Source of the DNA: Eledone cirrhosa
Lineage: Eukaryota
NCBI GenBank assembly: GCA_964016885.1
Contig: OZ024742.1
Location: 164,610,001 to 164,674,000, forward strand
Reading direction: 5' to 3'
DNA: 64,000 bases
Shown: one piece after another, positions 12,561 to 26,400 of the stretch
Numbering within the stretch: the first letter of the stretch is position 1
How the letters are laid out: each line of letters starts with the position of its first letter
Translations under genes and position numbers: made by a program
Notes under the pieces: model-generated
The model's input: only the letters and a program-made list of their open reading frames with translations
What the model was told of the DNA's origin: nothing
Databases searched by the model: none

Positions 12561-14235
12561 TATCTCCCCCTGATTTTTTTTACAAATTATCTCCCCCTGA
12601 TTTTTTTTTACAAATTATTTCCCCCTGATTTTTTTACAAATTATCTCCCCCCTGATTTTTTTTACAATCTCCGCCTGATTTTTTAAAAAATTATCTTGCC
12701 TTGGCTGGCGGGAAATTATCTCCCCTTGGACGGCTGGAAATTATATCCCCTTGGACGGCTGGAAATTACCTCCCCTTGGACAGCTGGAAATTATCTGCCC
12801 TTGATTTTGTTTTTACAAATTATCTCCCCCTGATTTTTTTTACAAATTATCTCCACCTGATTTTTTAAAAAATTATCTCCCCTTGGACGGCTGGAAATTA
12901 TCTCCCCTTGATTTTTTTACAAATTATCTCCCCCTGATTTTTTTTACAAATTATCTCCCCCTGATTTTTTTTTACAAATTATCTCCCCCTGATTTTTTTA
13001 CAAATTATCTCCCCCTGATTTTTTTTACAAATTATCTCCGCCTGATTTTTTTAAATATTATCTTCCCTTGGCTGGCGGGAAATTATCTCCCCTTGGACGG
13101 CTGAAAATTATCTCCCCTTGGACGGCTGGAAATTATCTCCCCTTGATTTTTTTTACAAATTATCTCCCCCTGATTTTTTTTTACAAATTATCTCCCCCTG
13201 ATTTTTTTTTACAAATTATCTCCCCCTGATTTTTTTTTACAAATTATCTGCCCCTGATTTTTTTTACAAATTATCTCCCCCTGATTTTTTTACAAATTAT
13301 CTCCCCTTGGCTGGCTGGAAATTATCTCCCCTTGGACACTGTAAATTATAGCCCCTTGGAGGGCTGGAAATTATCTTACCTTGGACGGCTGGAAATTATC
13401 TCTGCTTGATTTTTTTTACAAATTATCTCCCCCTGATTTTTTTTTACAAATTATCCCCCCCGATTTTTTTTACAAATTATCTCCCCCTGATTTTTTTTAC
13501 AAATTATCTCCCCTTGGACGGCTGGAAATTATCTCCCCTTGGACGGCTGGAAATTATCTCTCCTTGGACGGCTAGAAATTACCTCTCCTTGGACGACTGA
13601 AAATTATCTCCCCTTGGACGGCTGCAAATTATCTCCCCTTGATTTCTTTTACAAATTATCTCCGCCTGATTTTTTTTTTTAAATTATCTCCCCTTGGACG
13701 GCTGGAAATTACCTCCCCTTGGACGGCTGGAAATTATCTCCCCTTGGACGGCTAGAAATTACCTCTCATTGGACGGCTGAAAATTATCTCCCCTTGGACG
13801 GCTGGAAATTATCTCCCCTTGATTTTTTTTACAAATTATCTCCCCCTGATTTTTTTTTTACAAATTATCTCCGCCTGATTTTTTTTTAAAATTATCTCTC
13901 CTTGGACGGCTGGATATTATCTCCCCTTTCATTTTTTTTACAAATTATCTCCCCCTGATTTTTTTTTACAAATTATCTCCCCCTGATTTTTTTTTACAAA
14001 TTATCTACCCCTAATTTTTTTTTACAAATTATCTCCCCCTGATTTTTTTTACAAATTATCTCCCCCTGATTTTTTTTTTACAAATTATCTCCCCCTGATT
14101 TTTTTACAAATTATCTCCCCCTGATTTTTTTTACAAATTATCTCCGCCTGATTTTTTTAAATATTATCTTCTCTTGGCTGGCGGGAAATTATCTCCCCTT
14201 GGAGGGCTGAAAATTATCTCCCCTTGGACGGCTGG

Positions 14236-14650
14236 AAATTATCTCCCCTTGATTTTTTTTACAAATTATCTCCCCCTGATTTTTTTTTACAAATTATCTC
14301 CCCCTGATTTTTTTTACAAATTATCTCCCCCTGATTTTTTTTTACAAATTATCTCCCCCTGATTTTTTTTTACAAATTATCTACCCCTGATTTTTTTTTA
14401 CAAATTATCTCCCCCTGATTTTTTTTACAAATTATCTCTCCCTGATTTTTTTTTACAAATTATCTCCCCCTGATTTTTTTTTACAAATTATCTACCCCTG
14501 ATTTTTTTTTTACAAATTATCTCCCCCTGATTTTTTTTACAAATTATTTCCCCCTGATTTTTTTTACAAATTATCTCCCCCTGATTTTTTTACAAATTAT
14601 CTCCCCCCGATTTTTTTTACAAATTATCTCCGCCTAATTTTTTTAAATAT
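14236..14650 (+). repeat. Longest pure B-monomer run seen (about 15 units); similar ~13-unit runs near 9.0, 11.0, 21.3, 27.6, 34.2, 48.4, 53.7, 57.8 and 63.0 kb
   Basis: Manual count of consecutive TGA-T(n)-AC units. Confidence 0.8.
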
Positions 14651-17049
14651 TATCTTCCCTTGGCTGGCGGGAAATTATCTCCCCTTGGACGGCTGAAAAT
14701 TATCTCCCCTTGGACGGCTGGAAATTATCTCCCCTTGATTTTTTTACAAATTATCTCCCCTTGATTATTTTTTACAAATTATCTCCCCCTGATTTTTTTT
14801 TACAAATTATCTCCCTCTGATTTTTTTTACAAATTATCTCCCCTTGGCTGGCTGGAAATTATCTCCCCTTGGAGGCTGGAATTTATCTCCCCTTGGACGG
14901 TTAGAAATTACCTCTCCTTGGACTGCTGGAAAATATGTCTCCTTGGACGGCTGGAAATTATCTCCCCTGGGACGGCTGGAAATTATCTCCCCTTGGACGG
15001 CTGGAAATTATCTCTCCTCGGACGACTAGAAATTACCTCTCCTTGGACAGCTGAAAATTATCTCCCCTTGGACGGCTGGAAATTATCTCCCCTTGATTTT
15101 TTTTACAAATTATCTCCCTCTGATTTTTTTTTACAAATTATCTCCCCCTGATTTTATTTTACAAATTATCTCCCCCTGATTTTTTTTACAAATTATCTGC
15201 CCCTGATATTTTTTACAAATTATATCCCCCTGATTTTTTTACAAATTATCTCCCCTTGGCTGGCTGGAAATTATCTCCCCTTGGAGGCTGGAATTTATCT
15301 CCCCTTGGACGGCTACAAATTACCTCGCCTTGGACGGCTGGAAATTATCTCCCCTTGGACGGCTGGAAATTATCTCCCCTTGGACGGCTAGATATTACCT
15401 CCCCTTGGACGGCTGGAAATTATCTCCCCTTGATTTTTTTTACAAATTATCTCCCCCTGATTTTTTTTTACAAATTATCTCCCCCTGATTTTTTTTACAA
15501 ATTATCTCCCCCTGATTTTTTTACAAATTATCTCCCCCCGATTTTTTTTACAAATTATATCCGCCTAATTTTTTTAAATATTATCTTCCCTTGGCTGGCG
15601 GGAAATTATCTCCCCTTGGACGGCTGAAAATTATCTCCCCTTGGACGGCTGGAAATTATCTCCCCTTGATTTTTTTACAAATTATCTCCCCCTGATTTTT
15701 TTTACAAATTATCTCCCCCTGATATTTTTTACAAATTATCTCCCCCTGATTTTTTTACAAATTATCTCCCCTTGGCTGGCTGGAAATTATCTCCCCTTGG
15801 AGGCTGGAATTTATCTCCCCTTGGATGGCTAGAAATTACCTCCCCTTGGACGGCTGGAAATTATCTCCCCTTGGACGGCTAGATATTACCTCCCCTTGGA
15901 CGGCTGGAAATTATCTCCCCTTGATTTTTTTTACAATTTATCTCCCCCTGATTTTTTTTTACAAATTATCTCCCCCTGATTTTTTTTACAAATTATCTCC
16001 CAATGATTTTTTTACAAATTATCTCCCCTTGGCTGGCTGGAAATTATCTCCCCTTGGAGGCTGGAATTTATCTCCCCTTGGACGGCTAGAAATTACCTCT
16101 CCTTGGACGGCTGGAAAATATGTCTCCTTGGACGGCTGGATATTATCTACCCTTGGACGGCTGGAAATTATCTCCCCTTGGACGGCTGGAAATTATCTCC
16201 CCTTGGACGGCTAGATATTACCTCCCCTTGGACGGCTGGAAATTATCTCCCCTTGATTTTTTTACAAATTATCTCCCCCTGATTTTTTTTACAAATTATC
16301 TCCGCCTAATTTTTTTAAATATTATCTTCCCTTGGCTGGCGGGAAATTATCTCCCCTTGGACGGCTGAAAATTATCTCCCCTTGGACGGCTGGAAATTAT
16401 CTCCCCTTGATTTTTTTTACAAATTATCTCCCCCTGATTTTTTTTTACAAATTATCTCCCCCTGATTTTTTTTACAAATTATCTCCCCCTGATTTTTTTA
16501 CAAATTATCTCCCCTTGGCTGGCTGGAAATTATCTCCCCTTGGAGGCTGGAATTTATCTCCCCTTGGTCGGCTAGAAATTACCTCTCCTTGGACGGCTGG
16601 AAAATATGTCCTTGGACGGCTGGATATTATCTACCCTTGGACGGCTGGAAATAATCTCCCCTTGGACGGCTGGAAATTATCTCCCCTTGGACGGCTAGAT
16701 ATTACCTCCCCTTGGACGGCTGGAAATTATCTCCCCTTGATTTTTTTTACAATTTATCTCCCCCTGATTTTTTTTTACAAATTATCTCCCCCTGATTTTT
16801 TTTACGAATTATCTCCCCCTGATTTTTTTTTACAAATTATCTCCGCCTGATTTTTTTTTTAAAATTATCTCCCCTTGAACGGCTGGAAATTATCTCCCCT
16901 TGGACGGCTGGAAATTATCTCCCCTTGGACGGCTAGAAATTACCTCTCCTTGGACGGCTGAAAATTATCTCCCCTTGGACGGCTGGAAATTATCTCCCCT
17001 TGATTTTTTAACAAATTATCTCCCCCTGATTTTTTTTTACAAATTATCT

Positions 17050-18930
17050 CCCCCTGATTTTTTTTTACAAATTATCTCCCCCTGATTTTTTTTACAAATT
17101 ATCTCCCCCTGATTTTTTTTTACAAATTATTTCCCCCTGATTTTTTTACAAATTATCTCCCCCCTGATTTTTTTTACAATCTCCGCCTGATTTTTTTAAA
17201 AATTATCTTCCCTTGGCTGGCGGGAAATTATCTCCCCTTGGACGGCTGGAAATTATATCCCCTTGGAAGGATGGAAATTATCTCCCCTTGGACGGCTGGA
17301 AATTATCTCCCCTTGGACGGCTGGAAATTATCTCCCCTTGGACAGCTGGAAATTATCTGCCCTTGATTTTGTTTTTACAAATTATCTCCCCCTGATTTTT
17401 TTTACAAATTATCTCCACCTGATTTTTAAAAAAATTATCTCCCCTTGGACGGCTGGAAATTATCTCCCCTTGATTTTTTTACAAATTATCTCCCCTTGAT
17501 TTTTTTTACAAATTATCTCCCCCTGATTTTTTTTTACAAATTATCTCCCCCTGATTTTTTTACAAATTATCTCCCCCTGATTTTTTTTACAAATTATCTC
17601 CGCCTGATTTTTTTAAATATTATCTTCCCTTGGCTGGCGGGAAATTATCTCCCCTTGGACGGCTGAAAATTATCTCCCCTTGGACGGCTGGAAATTATCT
17701 CCCCTTGATTTTTTTTACAAATTATCTCCCCCTGATTTTTTTTTACAAATTATCTCCCCCTGATTTTTTTTTACAAATTATCTCCCCCTGATTTTTTTTT
17801 ACAAATTATCTCACCCTGATTTTTTTTACAAATTATCTCCCTCTGATTTTTTTACAAATTATCTCCCCTTGGCTGGCTGGAAATTATCTCCCCTTGGAGG
17901 CTGGAATTTATCTCCCCTTGGACGGCTAGAAATTACCTCTCCTTGGACGGCTGGAAAATATGTCTCCTTGGACGGCTGGATATTATCTACCCTTGGACGG
18001 CTGGAAATTATCTCCCCTTGGACGGCTGGAAATTATCTCCCCTTGGACGGCTAGATATTACCTCCCCTTGGACGGCTGGAAATTATCTCCCCTTGATTTT
18101 TTTACAAATTATCTCCCCCTGATTTTTTTACAAATTATCTCCCCCTGATTTTTTTTACAAATTATCTCCGCCTAATTTTTTTAAATATTATCTTCCCTTG
18201 GCTGGCGGGAAATTATCTCCCCTTGGACGGCTGAAAATTATCTCCCCTTGGACGGCTGGAAATTATCTCCCCTTGATTTTTTTTACAAATTATCTCCCCC
18301 TGATTTTTTTTACAAATTATCTCCCCCTGATTTTTTTTACAAATTATCTCCCCCTGATTTTTTTTTACAAATTATTTCCCCCTGATTTTTTTACAAATTA
18401 TCTCCCCCCTGATTTTTTTTACAATCTCCGCCTGATTTTTTTAAAAATTATCTTCCCTTGGCTGGCGGGAAATTATCTCCCCTTGGACGGCTGGAAATTA
18501 TATCCCCTTGGAAGGATGGAAATTATCTCCCCTTGGACGGCTGGAAATTATCTCCCCTTGGACGGCTGGAAATTATCTCCCCTTGGACAGCTGGAAATTA
18601 TCTGCCCTTGATTTTGTTTTTACAAATTATCTCCCCCTGATTTTTTTTACAAATTATCTCCACCTGATTTAAAAAAAAATTATCTCCCCTTGGACGGCTG
18701 GAAATTATCTCCCCTTGATTTTTTTACAAATTATCTCCCCTTGATTTTTTTTACAAATTATCTCCCCCTGATTTTTTTTTACAAATTATCTCCCCCTGAT
18801 TTTTTTACAAATTATCTCCCCCTGATTTTTTTTACAAATTATCTCCGCCTGATTTTTTTAAATATTATCTTCCCTTGGCTGGCGGGAAATTATCTCCCCT
18901 TGGACGGCTGAAAATTATCTCCCCTTGGAC
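17050..18930 (+). repeat. 1245-bp offset duplication
   Basis: Offset 1245 for 17213/18458 and 17445/18690; shared internal CCCCTTGA B variant at ~17495 and ~18740. Confidence 0.85.
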
Positions 18931-18939
18931 GGCTGGAAT

Positions 18940-21900
18940 TTATCTCCCCTTGGACGGCTAGAAATTACCTCTCCTTGGACGGCTGGAAAATATGTCTCCT
19001 TGGACGGCTGGATATTATCTACCCTTGGACGGCTGGAAATTATCTCCCCTTGGACGGCTGGAAATTATCTCCCCTTGGACGGCTAGATATTACCTCCCCT
19101 TGGACGGCTGGAAATTATCTCCCCTTGATTTTTTTACAAATTATCTCCCCCTGATTTTTTTACAAATTATCTCCCCCTGATTTTTTTTACAAATTATCTC
19201 CGCCTAATTTTTTTAAATATTATCTTCCCTTGGCTGGCGGGAAATTATCTCCCCTTGGACGGCTGAAAATTATCTCCCCTTGGACGGCTGGAAATTATCT
19301 CCCCTTGATTTTTTTTACAAATTATCTCCCCCTGATTTTTTTTTACAAATTATCTCCCCCTGATTTTTTTTACAAATTATCTCCCCCTGATTTTTTTACA
19401 AATTATCTCCCCTTGGCTGGCTGGAAATTATCTCCCCTTGGAGGCTGGAATTTATCTCCCCTTGGACGGCTAGAAATTACCTCTCCTTGGACGGCTGGAA
19501 AATATGTCCTTGGACGGCTGGATATTATCTACCCTTGGACGGCTGGAAATTATCTCCCCTTGGACGGCTGGAAATTATCTCCCCTTGGACGGCTAGATAT
19601 TACCTCCCCTTGGACGGCTGGAAATTATCTCCCCTTGAATTTTTTTACAAATTATCTCCCCCTGATTTTTTTTTACAAATTATCTCCCCCTGATTTTTTT
19701 TTACAAATTATCTACCCCTGATTTTTTTTTACAAATTATCTCCCCCTGATTTTTTTTACAAATTATCTCCCCCTGATTTTTTTTTACAAATTATCTCCCC
19801 CTGATTTTTTTTTACAAATTATCTACCCCTGATTTTTTTTACAAATTATCTCCCCCTGATTTTTTTTACAAATTATCTCCCCCTGATTTTTTTTACAAAT
19901 TATCTTCGCCTAATTTTTTTAAATATTATCTTCCCTTGGCTGGCGGGAAATTATCTCCCCTTGGACGGCTGAAAATTATCTCTCCTTGGACGGCTGGAAA
20001 TTATCTCCCCTTGATTTTTTTTACAAATTATCTCCCCCTGATTATTTTTTACAAATTATCTCCCCCTGATTTTTTTTTACAAATTATCTCCCCCTGATTT
20101 TTTTTACAAATTATCTCCCCCTGATTTTTTTACAAATTATCTCCCCTTGGCTGGCTGGAAATTATCTCCCCTTGGAGGCTGGAATTTATCTCCCCTTGGA
20201 CGGTTAGAAATTACCTCTCCTTGGACGGCTGGAAAATATGTCTCCTTGGACGGCTGGAAATTATCGCCCCTTGGACGGCTGGAAATTATCTCCCCTTGGA
20301 CGGCTGGAAATTATCTCTCCTCGGACGGCTAGAAATTACCTCTCTTTGGACAGCTGAAAATTATCTCCCCTTGGACGGCTGGAAATTATCTCCCCTTGAT
20401 TTTTTTACAAATTATCTCCCCCTGATTTTTTTTTACAAATTATCTCCCCCTGATTTTTTTTTACAAATTATCTCCCCCTGATTTTTTTTTACAAATTATC
20501 TCCCCCTGATTTTTTTACAAATTATCTCCCCTTGGCTGGCTGGAAATTATCTCCCCTTGGAGGCTGGAATTTATCTCCCCTTGGACGGCTAGAAATTACC
20601 TCTCCTTGGACGGCTGGAAAATATGTCTCCTTGGACGGCTGGATATTATCTACCCTTGGACGGCTGGAAATTATCTCCCCTTGGACGGCTGGAAATTATC
20701 TCCCCTTGGACGGCTAGATATTACCTCCCCTTGGACGGCTGGAAATTATCTCCCCTTGATTTTTTTACAAATTATCTCCCCCTGATTTTTTTACAAATTA
20801 TCTCCCCCTGATTTTTTTTACAAATTATCTCCGCCTAATTTTTTTAAATATTATCTTCCCTTGGCTGGCGGGAAATTATCTCCCCTTGGACGGCTGAAAA
20901 TTATCTCCCCTTGGACGGCTGGAAATTATCTCCCCTTGATTTTTTTTACAAATTATCTCCCCCTGATTTTTTTTTACAAATTATCTCCCCCTGATTTTTT
21001 TTACAAATTATCTCCCCCTGATTTTTTTACAAATTATCTCCCCTTGGCTGGCTGGAAATTATCTCCCCTTGGAGGCTGGAATTTATCTCCCCTTGGACGG
21101 CTAGAAATTACCTCTCCTTGGATGGCTGGAAAATATGTCCTTGGACGGCTGGATATTATCTACCCTTGGACGGCTGGAAATTATCTCCCCTTGGACGGCT
21201 GGAAATTATCTCCCCTTGGACGGCTAGATATTACCTCCCCTTGGACGGCTGGAAATTATCTCCCCTTGATTTTTTTTACAAATTATCTCCCCCTGATTTT
21301 TTTTTACAAATTATCTCCCCCTGATTTTTTTTTACAAATTATCTACCCCTGATTTTTTTTTACAAATTATCTCCCCCTGATTTTTTTTACAAATTATCTC
21401 CCCCTGATTTTTTTTTACAAATTATCTCCCCCTGATTTTTTTTTACAAATTATCTACCCCTGATTTTTTTTACAAATTATCTCCCCCTGATTTTTTTTAC
21501 AAATTATCTCCCCCTGATTTTGTTTACAAATTATCTCCCCCTGATTTTTTTACAAATTATCTCCCCCTGATTTTTTTTACAAATTATCTCCGCCTAATTT
21601 TTTTAAATATTATCTTCCCTTGGCTGGCGGGAAATTATCTCCCCTTGGACGGCTGAAAATTATCTCTCCTTGGACGGCTGGAAATTATCTCCCCTTCATT
21701 TTTTTTACAAATTATCTCCCCCTGATTATTTTTTACAAATTATCTCCCCCTGATTTTTTTTTACAAATTATCTCCCCCTGATTTTTTTTACAAATTATCT
21801 CCCCCTGATTTTTTTACAAATTATCTCCCCTTGGCTGGCTGGAAATTATCTCCCCTTGGAGGCTGGAATTTATCTCCCCTTGGACGGTTAGAAATTACCT

Positions 21901-21980
21901 CTCCTTGGACGGCTGGAAAATATGTCTCCTTGGACGGCTGGAAATTATCGCCCCTTGGACGGCTGGAAATTATCTCCCCT
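18940..21980 (+). repeat. About 1.63-kb tandem duplication
   Basis: Offset 1631 for 18992/20623, 19230/20861, 19487/21118; 1684 for 20147/21831 after a two-B-unit difference. Confidence 0.85.
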
Positions 21981-23409
21981 TGGACGGCTGGAAATTATCT
22001 CCCCTTGATTTTTTTTACAAATTATCTCCCCCTGATTTTTTTTTACAAATTATCTCCCCCTGATTTTTTTTTACAAATTATCTCCCTCTGATTTTTTTTT
22101 ACAAATTATCTCCCCCTGATATTTTTACAAATTATCTCCCCCTGATTTTTTTACAAATTATCTCCCCTTGGCTGGCTGGAAATTATCTCCCCTTGGAGGC
22201 TGGAATTTATCTCCCCTTAGACGGCTAGAAATTACCTCGCCTTGGACGGCTGGCAAATATGTCTCCTTGGACGGCTGGAAATTATCTCCCCTTGGACGGC
22301 TGGAAATTATCTCCCCTTGGACGGCTGGAAATTATCTCCCCTTGGACGGCTAGATATTACCTCCCCTTGGACGGCTGGAAATTATCTCCCCTTGGACGGC
22401 TAGATATTACCTCCCCTTGGACGGCTGGAAATTATCTCCCCTTGATTTTTTTTACAAATTATCTCCCCCTGATTTTTTTAAAAAAATTATCTCCCCTTGA
22501 ACGGCTGGAAATTATCTCCCCTTGGACGGCTGGAAATTATCTCCCCTTGGACGGCTAGAAATTACCTCTCCTTGGACGGCTGAAAATTATCTCCCCTTGG
22601 ACGGCTGCAAATTATCTCCCCTTGATTTTTTAACAAATTATCTCCCCCTGATTTTTTTTTACAAATTACCTCCCCCTGATTTTTTTTTACAAATTATCTC
22701 CCCGTGATTTTTTTACAAATTATCTCCCCCTGATTTTTTTTACAATCTCCGCCTGATTTTTTTAAAAATTATCTTCCCTTGGCTGGCGGGAAATTATCTC
22801 CCCTTGGACGGCTGGAAATTATATCCCCTTGGAAGGATGGAAATTATCTCCCCTTGGACGGCTGGAAATTATCTCCCCTTGGACGGCTGGAAATTATCTC
22901 CCCTTGGACAGCTGGAAATTATCTGCCCTTGATTTTGTATTTACAAATTATCTCCCCCTGATTTTTTTTACAAATTATCTCCACCTGATTTTTTAAAAAA
23001 TTATCTCCCCTTGGACGGCTGGAAATTATCTCCCCTTGATTTTTTTACAAATTATCTCCCCCTGATTTTTTTTACAAATTATCTCCCCCTGATTTTTTGT
23101 TACAAATTATCTCCCCCTGATTTTTTTACAAATTATCTCCCCCTGATTTTTTTTACAAATTATCTCCGCCTGATTTTTTTAAATATTATCTTCCCTTGGC
23201 TGGCGGGAAATTATCTCCCCTTGGACGGCTGAAAATTATCTCCCCTTGGACGGCTGGAAATTATCTCCCCTTGATTTTTTTACAAATTATCTCCCCCTGA
23301 TTTTTTTTTACAAATTATCTCCCCCTGATTTTTTTTACAAATTATCTCCCCCTGATTTTTTTTTACAAATTATCTCCCCCTGATTTTTTTTTACAAATTA
23401 TCTCCCCCT

Positions 23410-26400
23410 GATTTTTTTACAAATTATCTCCCCTTGGCTGGCTGGAAATTATCTCCCCTTGGAGGCTGGAATTTATCTCCCCTTGGACGGCTAGAAATTA
23501 CCTCTCCTTGGACGGCTGGAAAATATGTCTCCTTGGACGGCTGGATATTATCTACCCTTGGACGGCTGGAAATTATCTCCCCTTGGACGGCTGGAAATTA
23601 TCTCCCCTTGGACGGCTAGATATTACCTCCCCTTGGACGGCTGGAAATTATCTCCCCTTGATTTTTTTTACAAATTATCTCCCCCTGATTTTTTTTTACG
23701 AATTATCTCCCCCTGATTTTTTTTTACAAATTATCTCCGCCTGATTTTTTTTTAAAATTATCTCCCCTTGAACGGCTGGAAATTATCTCCCCTTGGACGG
23801 CTGGAAATTATCTCCCCTTGGACGGCTAGAAATTACCTCTCCTTGGACGGCTGAAAATTATCTCCCCTTGGACGGCTGCAAATTATCTCCCCTTGATTTT
23901 TTTAACAAATTATCTCCCCCTGATTTTTTTTTACAAATTATCTCCCCCTGATTTTTTTTTACAAATTATCTACGCCTAATTTTTTTTACAAATTATCTCC
24001 CCCTGATTTTTTTTACAAATTATCTCCCCCTGATTTTTTTTACAAATTATCTCCCCCTGATTTTTTTTTACAAATTATCTCCCCCTGATTTTTTTACAAA
24101 TTATCTCCCCCCTGATTTTTTTTACAATCTCCGCCTGATTTTTTTAAAAATTATCTTCCCTTGGCTGGCAGGAAATTATCTCCCCTTGGACGGCTGAAAA
24201 TTATCTCCCCTTGGACGGCTGGAAATTATCTCCCCTTGATTTTTTTTACAAATTATCTCCCCCTGATTTTTTTTTACAAATTATCTCCCCCTGATTTTTT
24301 TTACAAATTATCTCCCCCTGATTTTTTTTTACAAATTATCTGCCCCTGATTTTTTTTACAAATTATCTCCCCCTGATTTTTTTACAAATTATCTCCCCTT
24401 GGCTGGCTGGAAATTATCTCCCCTTGGAGGCTGGAATTTATCTCCCCTTGGACGGCTAGAAATTACCTCTCCTTGGACGGCTGGAAAATATTTCTCCTTG
24501 GACGGCTGGATATTATCTACCCTTGGACGGGTGGAAATTATCTCCCCTTGGACGGCTGGAAATTATCTCCCCTTGGACGGCTAGATATTACCTCCCCTTG
24601 GACGGCTGGAAATTATCTACCCTTGATTTTTTTTACAAATTATCTCCCCCTGATTTTTTTTACAAATTATCTCCACCTGATTTTTTTACAAATTATCTCC
24701 CCCTGATTTTTTTTACAAATTATCTCCCCCTGATTTTTTTTTTACAAATTATCTCCCCCTGATTTTTTTACAAATTATCTCCCCCTGATTTTTTTTACAA
24801 ATTATCTCCGCCTGATTTTTTTAAATATTATCTTCCCTTGGCTGGCGGGAAATTATCTCCCCTTGGACGGCTGAAAATTATCTCCCCTTGGACGGCTGGA
24901 AATTATCTCCCCTTGATTTTTTTTACAAATTATCTCCCCCTGATTATTTTTTACAAATTATCTTTCCCTGATTTTTTTTTACAAATTATCTCCCCCTGAT
25001 TTTTTATACAAATTATCTCCCCCTGATTTTTTTACAAATTATCTCCCCTTGGCTGGCTGGAAATTATCTCCCCTTGGAGGCTGGAATTTATCTCCCCTTG
25101 GACGGCTGGAAATTATCTCTCCTTGGACGGCTAGTAATTACCTCTCCTTGGACGGCTGGAAAATATGTCTCGTTGGAGGGCTGGAAATTATCTCCCCTTG
25201 GACGGCTGGAAATTATCTCCCCTTGGACGGCTGGAAATTATCTCTCCTTGGACGGCTAGAAATTACCTCTCCTTGGACGGCTGAAAATTATCTCCCCTTG
25301 GACGGCTAGATATTACCTCCCCTTGGACGGCTGGAAATTATCTCCCCTTGATTTTTTTTACAAATTATCTCCCCCTGATTTTTTTTACAAATTATCTCCA
25401 CCTGATTTTTTTACAAATTATCTCCCCCTGATTTTTTTTACAAATTATCTCCGCCTAATTTTTTTAAATATTATCTTCCCTTGGCTGGCGGGAAATTATC
25501 TCCCCTTGGACGGCTGAAAATTATCTCCCCTTGGACGGCTGGAAATTATCTCCCCTTGATTTTTTTTACAAATTATCTCCCCCTGATTTTTTTTTACAAA
25601 TTATCTCCCCCTGATTTTTTTTTACAAATTATCTCCCCCTGATTTTTTTTTACAAATTATCTCCCCCTGATTTTTTTTACAAATTATCTCCCCTTGGCTG
25701 GCTGGAAATTATCTCCCCTTGGAGGCTGGAATTTATCTCCCCTTGGACGGCTAGAAATTACCTCTCCTTGGACGGCTGGAAAATATGTCCTTGGACGGCT
25801 GGATATTATCTACCCTTGGACGGCTGGAAATTATCTCCCCTTGGACGGCTGGAAATTATCTCCCCTTGGAGGCTGGAATTTATCTCCCCTTGGACGGCTA
25901 GAAATTACCTCTCCTTGGACGGCTGGAAAATATGTCCTTGGACGGCTGGATATTACCTCCCCTTGGACGGCTGGAAATTATCTCCCCTTGATTTTTTTTA
26001 CAAATAATCTCCCCCTGATTTTTTTTACAAATCTAATGATTTTTTAAAAAAAATTATCTCCCCTTCGCTGGCTGGAAATTATCTCCCCTTCGCTGGCTGG
26101 AAATTATCTCCCCTTGGACGCTGGAAATTATAGCCCCTTGGAGGGCTGGAAATTATCTTCCCTTGGACGGCTGGAAATTATCTCCCCTTGGCTCGAAATT
26201 ATCTCCCCTTGGACGGCTAGAAATTATCTCTCTTTGGACGGCTGGAAATTATCTCCCTTTGATTTTTTTTACAAATTATCTCCCCCTGATTTTTTTTACA
26301 AATCTCCCCCTGATTTTTTAAAAAAAATTATCTCCCCTTCGCTGTCTGGAAATTATCTCCCCTTGGACACTGGAAATTATAGCCCCTTGGAGGGCTGGAA

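Noticed and set aside
25721-25867. 147-bp duplication as a nucleosome-length unit
   Set aside because: It is six monomers (24+25+23+25+25+25); the match to 147 bp is likely coincidence and it is not a dominant period.
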